Assembly: GCA_041686915.1 (NCBI GenBank)
Contig: JAWLDB010000004.1
Coordinates: 1-50,781 of the forward strand
DNA length: 50,781 nucleotides
Reading direction: 5' to 3'
DNA from: Bacillota bacterium
GTDB lineage: Bacteria > Bacillota > UBA994 > UBA5500
Within the stretch, counting starts at the first letter, position 1; each line of letters opens with the position of its first letter. The translations under genes and the position numbers were made by a program. The notes below the pieces were generated by a model that saw nothing but the letters and a program-made list of their open reading frames with translations, was not told the origin of the DNA and searched no databases. Below are positions 9,830 through 18,455 of this stretch, piece by piece.

Positions 9830-9841
9830 AATTTCGTATTG

Positions 9842-10936
9842 CTATTTGCGAGGAGCGTTCTCCAGAGCTTTGGTGATTGCCTCGATCAAGGCCTCGCTTG
9901 TGTAGGTAGCACCTGAAACGGTGTCGACTTCTACAGTCTGCTTTTCAATCACTGCAGCCGGGATTCCATCAAACGCTGGGTCTGACACATACTCTGTTTC
10001 CTTGTGGGAGATTACCTTGATGCTGAGAACCTTGCCACCGGCAACTTCCACGCTGACCTTAACTGGTCCGTTAAACCCTTCACCTTCGGCAGTGTAAGTC
10101 CCGTCAGCTACGGCATCAATCTTCAGACTGGTATCAGGGATAGCCGCTTTAACAGCTTCCATGATAGCGTCACTGGTAACAGTAGCACCAGCAACAGCAT
10201 CAACCTTCCAGTTCTGACCCGCCACGATTCGCTTCGGAATCTCTGTAGCAGCCTCATCAGCTACCTCAGGGGTATCCTTGTGCTTGGCCTTGACAGCCGT
10301 AATCTTGCCGCCCTGGACAGTCACTTCCACCTCGACCGGGTTCTTGAAGCCCTGGGCAGTACCAACGTAAACGCCATCCGCCACCTTGGCCAAATCAAAA
10401 CCGTCATCGGCAGTTCCAACGACGTAAGTCTGATAAGCTGCCATAGCCTTGCTGACAATGGTAGTAACAGCCCTGGAAGAAATAGTTGCACCTTGTATAA
10501 GGTCTACATCCTTGCCAGGAACCAACTTGCTCTCAGTCGTCTTGCCTAAAAACTGACCGAGGAAAGACGGCTGCAGTGCCCTTGTACCGATACCGATGGT
10601 TTCTTCGTGCTCAGTGACACCAATATCTTTCACCTTGCCTTCAGCATCGATGCCGACAAGCACCTGCATGGTTCCGCCATATCCGCCACCTTCGCCAACA
10701 ACCACTGCGCCGACAGTCTCTGATCCGTCCCAAGCGACAAAGTAGCGTACATCTTCTTCAACTACTTCTTCAAACCGCTCCGCATCAGGAAGCAGTCTCT
10801 GCATACTCTTGATAAACTCTCTTTCCTGACTTTGAGCGATAATCGGTTGCGTTACGGCATTGGTGAAGGCTAATGAGGCTGCCGCAATCGCACAGACTAG
10901 TGCCAGAGTTAAACTGAGTTTTAGTAAGTCGCGCAT
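9842..10936 (-). CDS. Membrane-anchored RnfG-like protein with three FMN-binding (flavinylation) domains
   Basis: N-terminal TM anchor and RnfG-like domain (GYGG, HEETIGIG). Three motifs: DLIQGATISS, DAVAGATVTS and DTVSGATYTS. Confidence 0.85.
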   Translation of the reverse strand: MRDLLKLSLTLALVCAIAAASLAFTNAVTQPIIAQSQEREFIKSMQRLLPDAERFEEVVEEDVRYFVAWDGSETVGAVVVGEGGGYGGTMQVLVGIDAEGKVKDIGVTEHEETIGIGTRALQPSFLGQFLGKTTESKLVPGKDVDLIQGATISSRAVTTIVSKAMAAYQTYVVGTADDGFDLAKVADGVYVGTAQGFKNPVEVEVTVQGGKITAVKAKHKDTPEVADEAATEIPKRIVAGQNWKVDAVAGATVTSDAIMEAVKAAIPDTSLKIDAVADGTYTAEGEGFNGPVKVSVEVAGGKVLSIKVISHKETEYVSDPAFDGIPAAVIEKQTVEVDTVSGATYTSEALIEAITKALENAPRK

Positions 10937-11206
10937 AGTAGGCCTCCTTAAGGTTCATTACCCAGACTACTCTTCTATATTACAATAATTCGGGGTAAGA
11001 TACCATCCCTCTTTAATGGAATGCTTGTTACCACAATTATCATTCAGCAAGAAAACTAAAGCTTCATATAGCACTGAGTCTGCAGGAATTTGGCAAACGT
11101 TAGCGAATTGTGTTGTAAAAGCGCGAAGTATGCTCTAGAATGGACATCTCGTGATGAAGACTTTTCGATTTTTATCGCAGGTGCGCTATATGAGAGGGGT
11201 ATTCAC

Positions 11207-11503
11207 ATGGAAGACCTGCTGCAAAAGATTCTGGTTAAACTTGAGGGACTAGGCCAGAAGATTGACTTACTGGAAACCGGACAGACAAATCTGGCTCGCA
11301 GGCTGGACGCTATTTTCTCGCAGGTGGCGGAACTGACCGAGAGTCGACATGCTGACAGTATAGAAGTGAGTGTGCTTTGCAGTGAGGTAGCACATCTATC
11401 GACTGTGCACAAAGAGCAGGCTGCCGTCTTGGAAAAACTATCGTTCCGCTCTATGAAGCAGGAAGCAGAACTGAACGCCTTACGCCAATCCGCAGAAGCA
11501 TAA
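11207..11503 (+). CDS. Small coiled-coil hypothetical protein
   Basis: ATG after a GAGGGGT RBS, heptad-rich sequence, followed by a terminator. Confidence 0.65.
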   Translation: MEDLLQKILVKLEGLGQKIDLLETGQTNLARRLDAIFSQVAELTESRHADSIEVSVLCSEVAHLSTVHKEQAAVLEKLSFRSMKQEAELNALRQSAEA

Positions 11504-11526
11504 GTCATTTGCATTTAGTTACATTA

Positions 11527-11557
11527 ATAACCCGGCTGTTGCCGGGTTATTTGTTTT
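11527..11557 (+). terminator. Intrinsic terminator
   Basis: AATAACCCGGC / GCCGGGTTATT followed by a T-rich tail. Confidence 0.8.
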
Positions 11558-11758
11558 CTACATACATCAGCTCATGGTTTTAATAAAATCTTAACATATT
11601 CCAGCCAATATTTTAAGCTAAGCGGACAACAGGTGAGCATACAGGCGTATTTGCGACCTAAATAAGCGCCATCCACTACTATGGATGTTTATCCGGTCGT
11701 ATACCGAAAGATTTGATTGCATGAATAGACAGAGTATTATATCATGTATACATCAAGG

Positions 11759-11765
11759 TGTCGAA
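11759..11765 (+). promoter_or_regulatory. Spo0A box candidate
   Basis: Perfect TGTCGAA about 70 bp upstream of the ORF at 11834. A single heptamer can occur by chance. Confidence 0.4.
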
Positions 11766-11833
11766 AATTGGCGTTACGTTATTTTGCGCAAATTTTACTA
11801 TGATATAAAAGAGACACATTTGGAGGAGGCGTA

Positions 11834-12151
11834 ATGATGCAGTATAGAACAGTAGAAGAGATGGAACAGTTGCTTGCCAGGTTGCTCATTGATAAAGACC
11901 GGATAGCACAGCAGGTGGATGAGTGTAAAGACTCAATAGATGATATCTCCATTCGTATGAACCTGCTTGGGACGGTAGTCAGAAGTAATGCTGATTTGAA
12001 AAAGGAGTATCAAGAACGCATTGAGCAGCAGCGTACACAGGTAATAAGGCTTGAAAACGAGATTGCAGAGCGGAGCGATCGCATTGCTGAGATCCGGAAA
12101 CAGTTGCACCGAGCGCGTCAAACGCAGAGCAATCGCATTGCCTGTTCATAA
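11834..12151 (+). CDS. Coiled-coil hypothetical protein
   Basis: Strong RBS GGAGGAGG, charged heptad-repeat sequence, terminator downstream. Confidence 0.75.
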   Translation: MMQYRTVEEMEQLLARLLIDKDRIAQQVDECKDSIDDISIRMNLLGTVVRSNADLKKEYQERIEQQRTQVIRLENEIAERSDRIAEIRKQLHRARQTQSNRIACS

Positions 12152-12161
12152 CGATACCTTC

Positions 12162-12187
12162 AAAGGCGCCCGAGGGCGCCTTTTTTT
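12162..12187 (+). terminator. Intrinsic terminator
   Basis: AAAGGCGCCC-GA-GGGCGCCTTTTTTT. Confidence 0.85.
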
Positions 12188-12221
12188 ATTGAGAGCGTCG
12201 CTTCCAGAAGGTGGACCAGCA

Positions 12222-12320
12222 ATGTGGCGTGACCAATTGGTACCCTTGCTCGTTATAGTCTTGGTGGCTAGCGCGTATTACAGATTGAATACGATTTGGA
12301 GTGGCAAGGAAGATGCTTGA
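12222..12320 (+). CDS. Possible 32-aa single-TM small protein
   Basis: AGAAGGTGG RBS-like element before ATG. MWRDQLVPLLVIVLVASAYYRLNTIWSGKEDA has one hydrophobic segment. Confidence 0.35.
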   Translation: MWRDQLVPLLVIVLVASAYYRLNTIWSGKEDA

Positions 12321-12482
12321 ACCGGCCAGGCGAAACAGACGGTAAATGCGTTCATGGAAGGGGGACCGAAACCTTTCTCCGGATAATGCCGTCAAAATAC
12401 GCAAGCAGACTTCTTCCGAGAATACCGGGTTACTGCCCCAGCTGCTGAACAATAGAGCAACTCAAGACAGAGGAGAGAAGAG

Positions 12483-14036
12483 ATGAGGAAACTATTAGCG
12501 GTATTGGCGATCCTAGCTGTGACCATGGCGTTGCCATCCCGCCACATGGCAGTGGCTAAGACTCCCCAGTTCAAGCTGGGCAACGAAGTATTGATTGAAC
12601 GCTTCCAACACTTGATAACCGGCAAGCGAGTAGGCCTGGTAACCAACCAGAGTGGGGTGAACAGCCTAGGCGTCAGTACCATCGACGTGTTGGTGAACGA
12701 TCCGACCGTACAGCTTACAGCACTTTATGGACCCGAGCACGGCATCGATGGAAAAGCCAAGGCCGGAGCTTACGTAGAGTCGTATACGCACCCGACCCTC
12801 AACATCCCCGTCTACAGCCTGTATGGCGCCACCAGGACTCCCACAGCCGAGATGCTGCAGCACATTGACGTATTGCTGTTTGATGTGCAGGATGTTGGTT
12901 CGCGCACCTACACTTACATGTCTACCATGAACTACGCCATGAAGGCTGCCGCGCGCGACGGCAAGCCAATCATCATTCTGGACCGGCCAAACCCGGTAGG
13001 CGGACAGATAGTGGATGGACCAGTACTGGAGGAGCCCTACGAAACCTTCGTCGGTGTTGATACTTTGCCGATGGCGCACGGAATGACCGCCGGTGAGTTG
13101 GCCCGCTTCTTTAACCGTGAAATCAACGCAGACCTGACCGTGATCCCTATGCAGGGATATACCCGCGATATGGTGTTCCAGGACACCGGGCTCACCTGGG
13201 TTGCTACTTCTCCTAATATACCAGACATAGACTCGGTGTTTGGTTACATGGCCACGGGCCTCGGCGAAGGCACCGGCATATACCAGGGTGACAAGTTCAA
13301 ATGGATTGGCGGGAAGGGCATCGATGCCAACCGTTTTGCCCAGTTGTTGAACAGCGCAGGCCTACCAGGAGTCAGGTTCGTCCCTGAGATGATGGGTTCA
13401 GCCGGAGGGGTCAGGCTGCAAATCACCGACTATCGGCGCTTCAACCCTGCCAGAACGGGCTTCTACGCTATGGCATATGCCAAACAGCTGAACAATTTTA
13501 AGATCCCGGGCAGCGGTACCATGTTTGAGAAAATCATGGGCACCAATCAAGTAGGCACATGGTTGGCCCAAGGGCTTTCGCCTCAGCAGCTAGTCGCTCG
13601 CTACACACCGGCCCTGGAGCAGTTCAAGCGGGACCGGGAAAAGTACCTGATCTACGGCTATTTCAACCGTCCAGGCAAGCTGAGTGTAGTCGTGAACGAA
13701 GTTCCCATTTTCTTTGACTCAGAACCCTTCATCGACCAGAGCAAGCGCACGATCGTGCCCCTACGGGCGATTGTTGAAGCTTTGGGAGCTCAGGTTGAGT
13801 GGCATGAAGCTACCAGCGAAATCACAGTGGTGAAGGGGGACCAGACGATTAAGTTCAAACTGTGGAGTAAGACCGCCTTCATCAACGGCGTACCCAAGCA
13901 GATGGATACTGTGCCGGTAATCCGCAATGCCCGTACGATGGTGCCTGTCAGATACATCAGCGAGTTCCTCGGAGCGACAGTGGATTGGACAGATAGTACC
14001 CGCAGTGTGACGGTTGATTATACCGAACTCCCATAA
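12483..14036 (+). CDS. namZ: Secreted exo-beta-N-acetylmuramidase NamZ (DUF1343) with a C-terminal copper-amine-oxidase-N-like domain
   Basis: Signal peptide and motifs VGLVTNQSG, GPEHG, FDVQDVGSRTYTY, LDRPNP, HGMTAGELA and TSPNIP. C-terminal RTIVPLRAIVEALGA / RTMVPVRYISEFLGA. Confidence 0.88.
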   Translation: MRKLLAVLAILAVTMALPSRHMAVAKTPQFKLGNEVLIERFQHLITGKRVGLVTNQSGVNSLGVSTIDVLVNDPTVQLTALYGPEHGIDGKAKAGAYVESYTHPTLNIPVYSLYGATRTPTAEMLQHIDVLLFDVQDVGSRTYTYMSTMNYAMKAAARDGKPIIILDRPNPVGGQIVDGPVLEEPYETFVGVDTLPMAHGMTAGELARFFNREINADLTVIPMQGYTRDMVFQDTGLTWVATSPNIPDIDSVFGYMATGLGEGTGIYQGDKFKWIGGKGIDANRFAQLLNSAGLPGVRFVPEMMGSAGGVRLQITDYRRFNPARTGFYAMAYAKQLNNFKIPGSGTMFEKIMGTNQVGTWLAQGLSPQQLVARYTPALEQFKRDREKYLIYGYFNRPGKLSVVVNEVPIFFDSEPFIDQSKRTIVPLRAIVEALGAQVEWHEATSEITVVKGDQTIKFKLWSKTAFINGVPKQMDTVPVIRNARTMVPVRYISEFLGATVDWTDSTRSVTVDYTELP

Positions 14037-14158
14037 TGGACAACAAAAGAGCCAGGGCTGTGAAGCTACTGGCTCTTTTACTATGCTATGCTCTGTTCCA
14101 AGCAACCAAGTCACGCATACTAGAACAATCCGTTACCAGCTACCATCGAAATCGGTAC

Positions 14159-15148
14159 CTAGCCGATTATCTCAACCTTAGGGTTCTTAATCACCCAGTC
14201 CAGATGCGTATTGGCCGGGTTGGTGCCTCCGTAAAAGAAATCATCACCGATACCGAAGTGGCAGGTAGTCTGCAGGCACTCATCCGCACCTATCATCCCG
14301 GTTGGCTGGCCCTGTGACAGGCCAAAACCCAGCTCGATCACCAGGCGGTCAGCCTTGCCATAAGGTTCAAAGCAGCGTTTTAGCCTGGCAGCAATGTCAC
14401 CTCCGGTAATCTCAGTTGCATAACCGTCTTCCACCCGAATGTGTACCGGCTCATCCACCAGACCTAAGGGATCTACCAGGCCGGCGCTAGGTGTGCCAAA
14501 CTCACCGACCGTCACGTCTACCACAAGCTTGCCCTGGGCAGACCCTTGAACGACGCCAAAGGTGATCTCGGCAGGTGGGAGAAAAGCGTGCCGGTTTTCC
14601 CCGCTGACTTGGCAGGGGAGGACGAACGGGTCCATCACCTGCAACGAGATGTCGGTTCCACCAGGTGCAGTAATGCGCAGCTTGCGACCTGAAAGTTGCT
14701 CCCTGTCCTTAATAACGGCACTTACAGAGTCAACCGGAGTAAGCAAGTGTTGAAGCAGTGCATCTACCGGATAACGCTGACGAACTACACCAGAGATACC
14801 CTTGAAGTTCTGGGGTGAGCGCAAGTTGGGGAAGATGCGGAAAAAGGGAAGGTCGCGCGCAATCCCGTCTGAGAATACCGACAGCACCATGTCCCGATCG
14901 CCTAGGGTTTCTAAAATGCGGGCCACAGGCTGCAAATCCTCCTCACTGTATTTGTCTCCCGGCAGCAGCATGAGGAAGGGCTTTAGCCCGAGCTCAGTCG
15001 CTACTTGTACATAGGCGTCACAAAGCCACTTTCGTCCCGGATCAGAAAAAATCCAAACCCTGTCGCACCTGTCTGCGGATAGAAAGATAACCAATGAGTG
15101 CCGGGCGCTCGCCAAGGCCTCAGTAAAGTCCGGCATGTGTTTATTCAT
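14159..15148 (-). CDS. Metallopeptidase, M29/aminopeptidase T-like
   Basis: ITAPGGTD, PPAE, IELGFG, DE..TCHFGIG...GG...HLD match the M29-type metal-ligand pattern. Confidence 0.65.
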   Translation of the reverse strand: MNKHMPDFTEALASARHSLVIFLSADRCDRVWIFSDPGRKWLCDAYVQVATELGLKPFLMLLPGDKYSEEDLQPVARILETLGDRDMVLSVFSDGIARDLPFFRIFPNLRSPQNFKGISGVVRQRYPVDALLQHLLTPVDSVSAVIKDREQLSGRKLRITAPGGTDISLQVMDPFVLPCQVSGENRHAFLPPAEITFGVVQGSAQGKLVVDVTVGEFGTPSAGLVDPLGLVDEPVHIRVEDGYATEITGGDIAARLKRCFEPYGKADRLVIELGFGLSQGQPTGMIGADECLQTTCHFGIGDDFFYGGTNPANTHLDWVIKNPKVEIIG

Positions 15149-15244
15149 AGCTTATTACCTCCAAGAAGTGTAGTACAAGTATATTGAAGCATATCTCCAA
15201 GCGGCCGGTAAGGGACGGTATAGGGCTGAATGCAAACTCTACCC

Positions 15245-16768
15245 TTAATTGCCCAGTCCCATCAGCCAGAGATTGAGGAAAGGCATAATGATGCCAATAA
15301 TCGCGCCTAGCAACAGACCAAAACTGGTGATAGCCCGCAGTTGGTTGTTCATTACCTTCAGCAGAATATCTTCCACCTGCAGCACATCCAGACGGTTGAC
15401 CTGCTGCTCGACCAGATCAGGCAGCTTCATAGCTGCCAATAGGCGCGCCCCATACCGTTCGGCCAACTGGCGAATCAGCCGAATGCCCGCTTCCTTAGCG
15501 CCTCCGAGTTGCGCCAGAGTTAGGCTGCCAAACAACGAACCAGGCCTAAAGTCTAGTAACTGAGCGTAGGCACGAGCCCACAGCTTGTTTACGGCCTTAG
15601 CAGTTTGTGCAGAACCGAGCGCTTGTTTGATGGCTGCTCTACTCCAAGCGGCCAGCGCGGATAGCGGTTCATCGCCGAAAGTAGCTACTGCCACATCCCG
15701 CAGACGGTGCTCACGGTTAGCCACGAACCAATGCTCAGCCATGTATGCCAGCTTGTCTGCCAGAGCGTCGTTGAACACTCTTTGCAACAGTAAATCACTT
15801 AAGTCCAAGACAGTCTGCCGGTGGATATGCTTGGTGAGGCGGGTCATTGGCATGTCAAGCAACTTGTCGAATGCGTCCAATACCTGCTGCAGTATCAACG
15901 CCCGGGTCTCGTCCTTCTGTAGACTGGTGATCAGGGAGTCCAGCAGCCGATCAGCATCGATAAATGCGCTGGCTATGCGCAGCATGGTACTGGAAGAGAG
16001 GAAGTCCTTCACCATCTGCTTCAGGGCTTGGCGGTTTTCCTCGTTGCGAAGACGCTCTTCCAGCTTGCGCAGAAGGCTTGGGCCCGCGTCAGCGATTGCC
16101 CCTTTGACCGCCAGGATGGTCTGATCCGGAATTGACTCCCGCAGGGTGCTTTCCGACTGGTATAACTCGCAAGTGTATCTGTCTATCAGGTAACGCAAGC
16201 TATCCAACACGCGTGGATTCTGTAGGACACCAAGCAGCGCCTCACGCAGCATTATCCGGCGTTGTTCTGTAGTTTGATCCGCAAACAGCTCGGCCACGGT
16301 AGCGTTGGTCAGGTGATGCACTACCGGCTCAGCGGCAGCGATTAGCACCTCCTGCACCTCATCGCTCTGTAGCAGCTTAGTCAGCTTCTGCCTGGCCTGC
16401 TGTTGTAGGTTTTCACTGATTGATAACAGATCATAGCGCTGTAGTAGTTCGCCAATAGCTTCACTATTGCTGCTTAGCTTCTGCAAAGCATGGGAGATAA
16501 AGCCCTCGATATCCCGCTCAAAGTCTGGTTTATTGAGTGGCTCTAATAGCGCTTCCGGAGTCAACAGATAGGTACCTACTGCGTCACCGATGCTAATGGC
16601 AAGTTTGTCCCGTTGTTTCGGGATAACGCCAGGCGTAAACGGAACGCGTATTCCCAACACTCTTTTTTCCTCAAGTGGACGGAATAACATCTTAATGGCA
16701 ACCCAGTTAGTTATGTATCCGATCAGACCGCCCAGGATGGAACTACCTAGGATTGGCAACAACATCAC
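15245..16768 (-). CDS. DUF445 (YheB-like) membrane protein
   Basis: IGYITNWVAIKMLFRP...PFTPGVIPK at the N-terminus and QLRAITSFGLLLGAIIG at the C-terminus. Confidence 0.9.
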   Translation of the reverse strand: MMLLPILGSSILGGLIGYITNWVAIKMLFRPLEEKRVLGIRVPFTPGVIPKQRDKLAISIGDAVGTYLLTPEALLEPLNKPDFERDIEGFISHALQKLSSNSEAIGELLQRYDLLSISENLQQQARQKLTKLLQSDEVQEVLIAAAEPVVHHLTNATVAELFADQTTEQRRIMLREALLGVLQNPRVLDSLRYLIDRYTCELYQSESTLRESIPDQTILAVKGAIADAGPSLLRKLEERLRNEENRQALKQMVKDFLSSSTMLRIASAFIDADRLLDSLITSLQKDETRALILQQVLDAFDKLLDMPMTRLTKHIHRQTVLDLSDLLLQRVFNDALADKLAYMAEHWFVANREHRLRDVAVATFGDEPLSALAAWSRAAIKQALGSAQTAKAVNKLWARAYAQLLDFRPGSLFGSLTLAQLGGAKEAGIRLIRQLAERYGARLLAAMKLPDLVEQQVNRLDVLQVEDILLKVMNNQLRAITSFGLLLGAIIGIIMPFLNLWLMGLGN

Positions 16769-16946
16769 TCATCATCTCCTATCTTAAGCTGACCGCACCT
16801 ATTTCTCTGAACCAGTCTTATTGTCCTGCACATTGATACTCAGTATTAGGCAAAGATAACCGCTGTGCTGAACACACGGATAAGCAGGGTTTTGCAGCAA
16901 GGCCGCCGAAGGCTTCAACAACATGCTAATCAAGGAGATGTCAAAC

Positions 16947-17384
16947 ATGAGCAGAATGACTAGATTGACCCTAGTCTCATGGATCAAGGACGCGCTCTTC
17001 AAAGCAAAGGAACTGCTGCCTGATCAGCAGAAGGTTCAGTCTCTGCTTGAAAAGGCTGTAAAGATTGCACCCCGCCTGCCGGACGTATCCCTGAGCGAGC
17101 TTAAGACACTAGTCAGACTACTTGGCGCCTGGGTCAAACGCGAGTATACACATGTTCCGAAGGACACACTGCTTAAGGCATTGGCAGCCCTGATCTACTT
17201 TGTCAACCCTGGCGACATCTTTCCCGACCCTCTCCCCGGCGGCCTGCTAGATGACGCCGCAGTAGTTGCCTGGATTGTTCGCAGCATCCAGAGTGAATTA
17301 GAGCGGTTCAGACGGTGGGAGACAGGGGGGCTGCAGCCTGGTGAAGAAGCAGGGGATGAGGATGGTAGAAGCGTAACCGCATAG
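16947..17384 (+). CDS. YkvA/DUF1232 family protein
   Basis: ALIYFVNPGDIFPDPLPGGLLDDAAV motif. Start chosen after AAGGAG. Confidence 0.88.
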   Translation: MSRMTRLTLVSWIKDALFKAKELLPDQQKVQSLLEKAVKIAPRLPDVSLSELKTLVRLLGAWVKREYTHVPKDTLLKALAALIYFVNPGDIFPDPLPGGLLDDAAVVAWIVRSIQSELERFRRWETGGLQPGEEAGDEDGRSVTA

Positions 17385-17430
17385 AAGCAGCCCGGCACAT
17401 GACGCGCCGGGCTGTCTTATTAAGCACCTA

Positions 17431-18294
17431 TTAGCGGGAGAACTGATAGTTGAACGAGTCGGTAGAGAGCACCCTGAAAACGTAGCCCTGAGAACGCAGT
17501 TGCTCGATGATGGTTGGCAACGCCTCGACCGTTGTACCTTTAGTATAACCATCATGCATCAGCACAATTGCCCGGTCTTTGCCGCGGACTCCGTTCATCA
17601 CACCATCAACGATAACCTGTTTATCAGGGGTGACCGATGTCGCATCGAGCGACGATACGTTCCAATCGAAATACTCAAAGCCTTCCGTTTGCACTTTGCC
17701 GATAAGCAGGTTCATCAGTTCGGAATGGCCGTATTTCTCAGCCATGCTGCTTCTGGAGCCGCCAGGGAAGCGGGTTAGCCGGGGGCGTTGTCCGGTAACC
17801 CCATGAAGGAAATCGTCAAGCAGCTTGACGTTATTCCAGTAGGTCTCTAGGCTCTGGTAGATTTGTGCGTAGTCATGACTATAACCGTGGTTGCCTAGGA
17901 CATGTCCTTCTGCGACTATCCGCTGGTACATCTCACGGCCGAAGTCTGACGTGTTGGCATTGACGAAGAATGTGGCTTTCACTCCATATTGTTTGAGAAT
18001 ATCTAACACCAACGGCGTATTATGAGTGGGTCCATCATCGAAGGTCAAATAGGCTATCTTCGCAGCTTCCGGGGCTGGCGGTTGCTGCTCTGGTTTTCCA
18101 ATGTGCCTTAGCTCATCTAATTGGCGCTGCAGATCGGTAATCTCGATGCGTCTGGTATCCGCCAGCTGTTCCAGCTGTATTCTATCTGCCAACGCCGTTT
18201 CCAACTGATAATGCAGATGTAGACTGTAAAAAGCAAGGGCGGAGATAACCGTCAGCACGAAAAAAACAGTAATAAATCTAGTTGGCATTTTCAT
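17431..18294 (-). CDS. Membrane-anchored polysaccharide (peptidoglycan) deacetylase, NodB/CE4
   Basis: N-terminal TM plus coiled coil, and motifs YLTFDDGP, GNHGYSH, RFPGGS, DWNV and VLMHD. Confidence 0.92.
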   Translation of the reverse strand: MKMPTRFITVFFVLTVISALAFYSLHLHYQLETALADRIQLEQLADTRRIEITDLQRQLDELRHIGKPEQQPPAPEAAKIAYLTFDDGPTHNTPLVLDILKQYGVKATFFVNANTSDFGREMYQRIVAEGHVLGNHGYSHDYAQIYQSLETYWNNVKLLDDFLHGVTGQRPRLTRFPGGSRSSMAEKYGHSELMNLLIGKVQTEGFEYFDWNVSSLDATSVTPDKQVIVDGVMNGVRGKDRAIVLMHDGYTKGTTVEALPTIIEQLRSQGYVFRVLSTDSFNYQFSR

Positions 18295-18348
18295 ATAATA
18301 TAGCTCTCCTTCCTTACCTTTATGTTAACACGTCTATGCCTTTCCGTG

Positions 18349-18406
18349 TGTTAAATCCAGCATTACCACGGTAAATTACCAGCTAAGTATGTTAACTAAA
18401 GGTAAA
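18349..18406. promoter_or_regulatory. OmpR/WalR/PhoP-type direct repeats upstream of the deacetylase
   Basis: TGTTAA-N5-GGTAAA at 18390-18406, with further half-sites at 18349 and 18370. Confidence 0.45.
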
Positions 18407-18455
18407 GTCTAAGGAGAGCAAAAAGCGCCGTGGCATAGTGCCGCGGCGCTCTTAT

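Noticed and set aside
12318-12386. Possible Sec read-through of the TGA ending the 32-aa ORF (adding TGQAKQTVNAFMEGGPKPFSG)
   Set aside because: No convincing hairpin at SECIS distance and no recognisable redox motif; 21 open codons is expected by chance.
12355-12400. c-di-AMP (ydaO) riboswitch call
   Set aside because: Only GGGGGACC matches; the GCTGAATCC and CCGTCAGCTAACC-type blocks are absent, so it is not listed as a feature.
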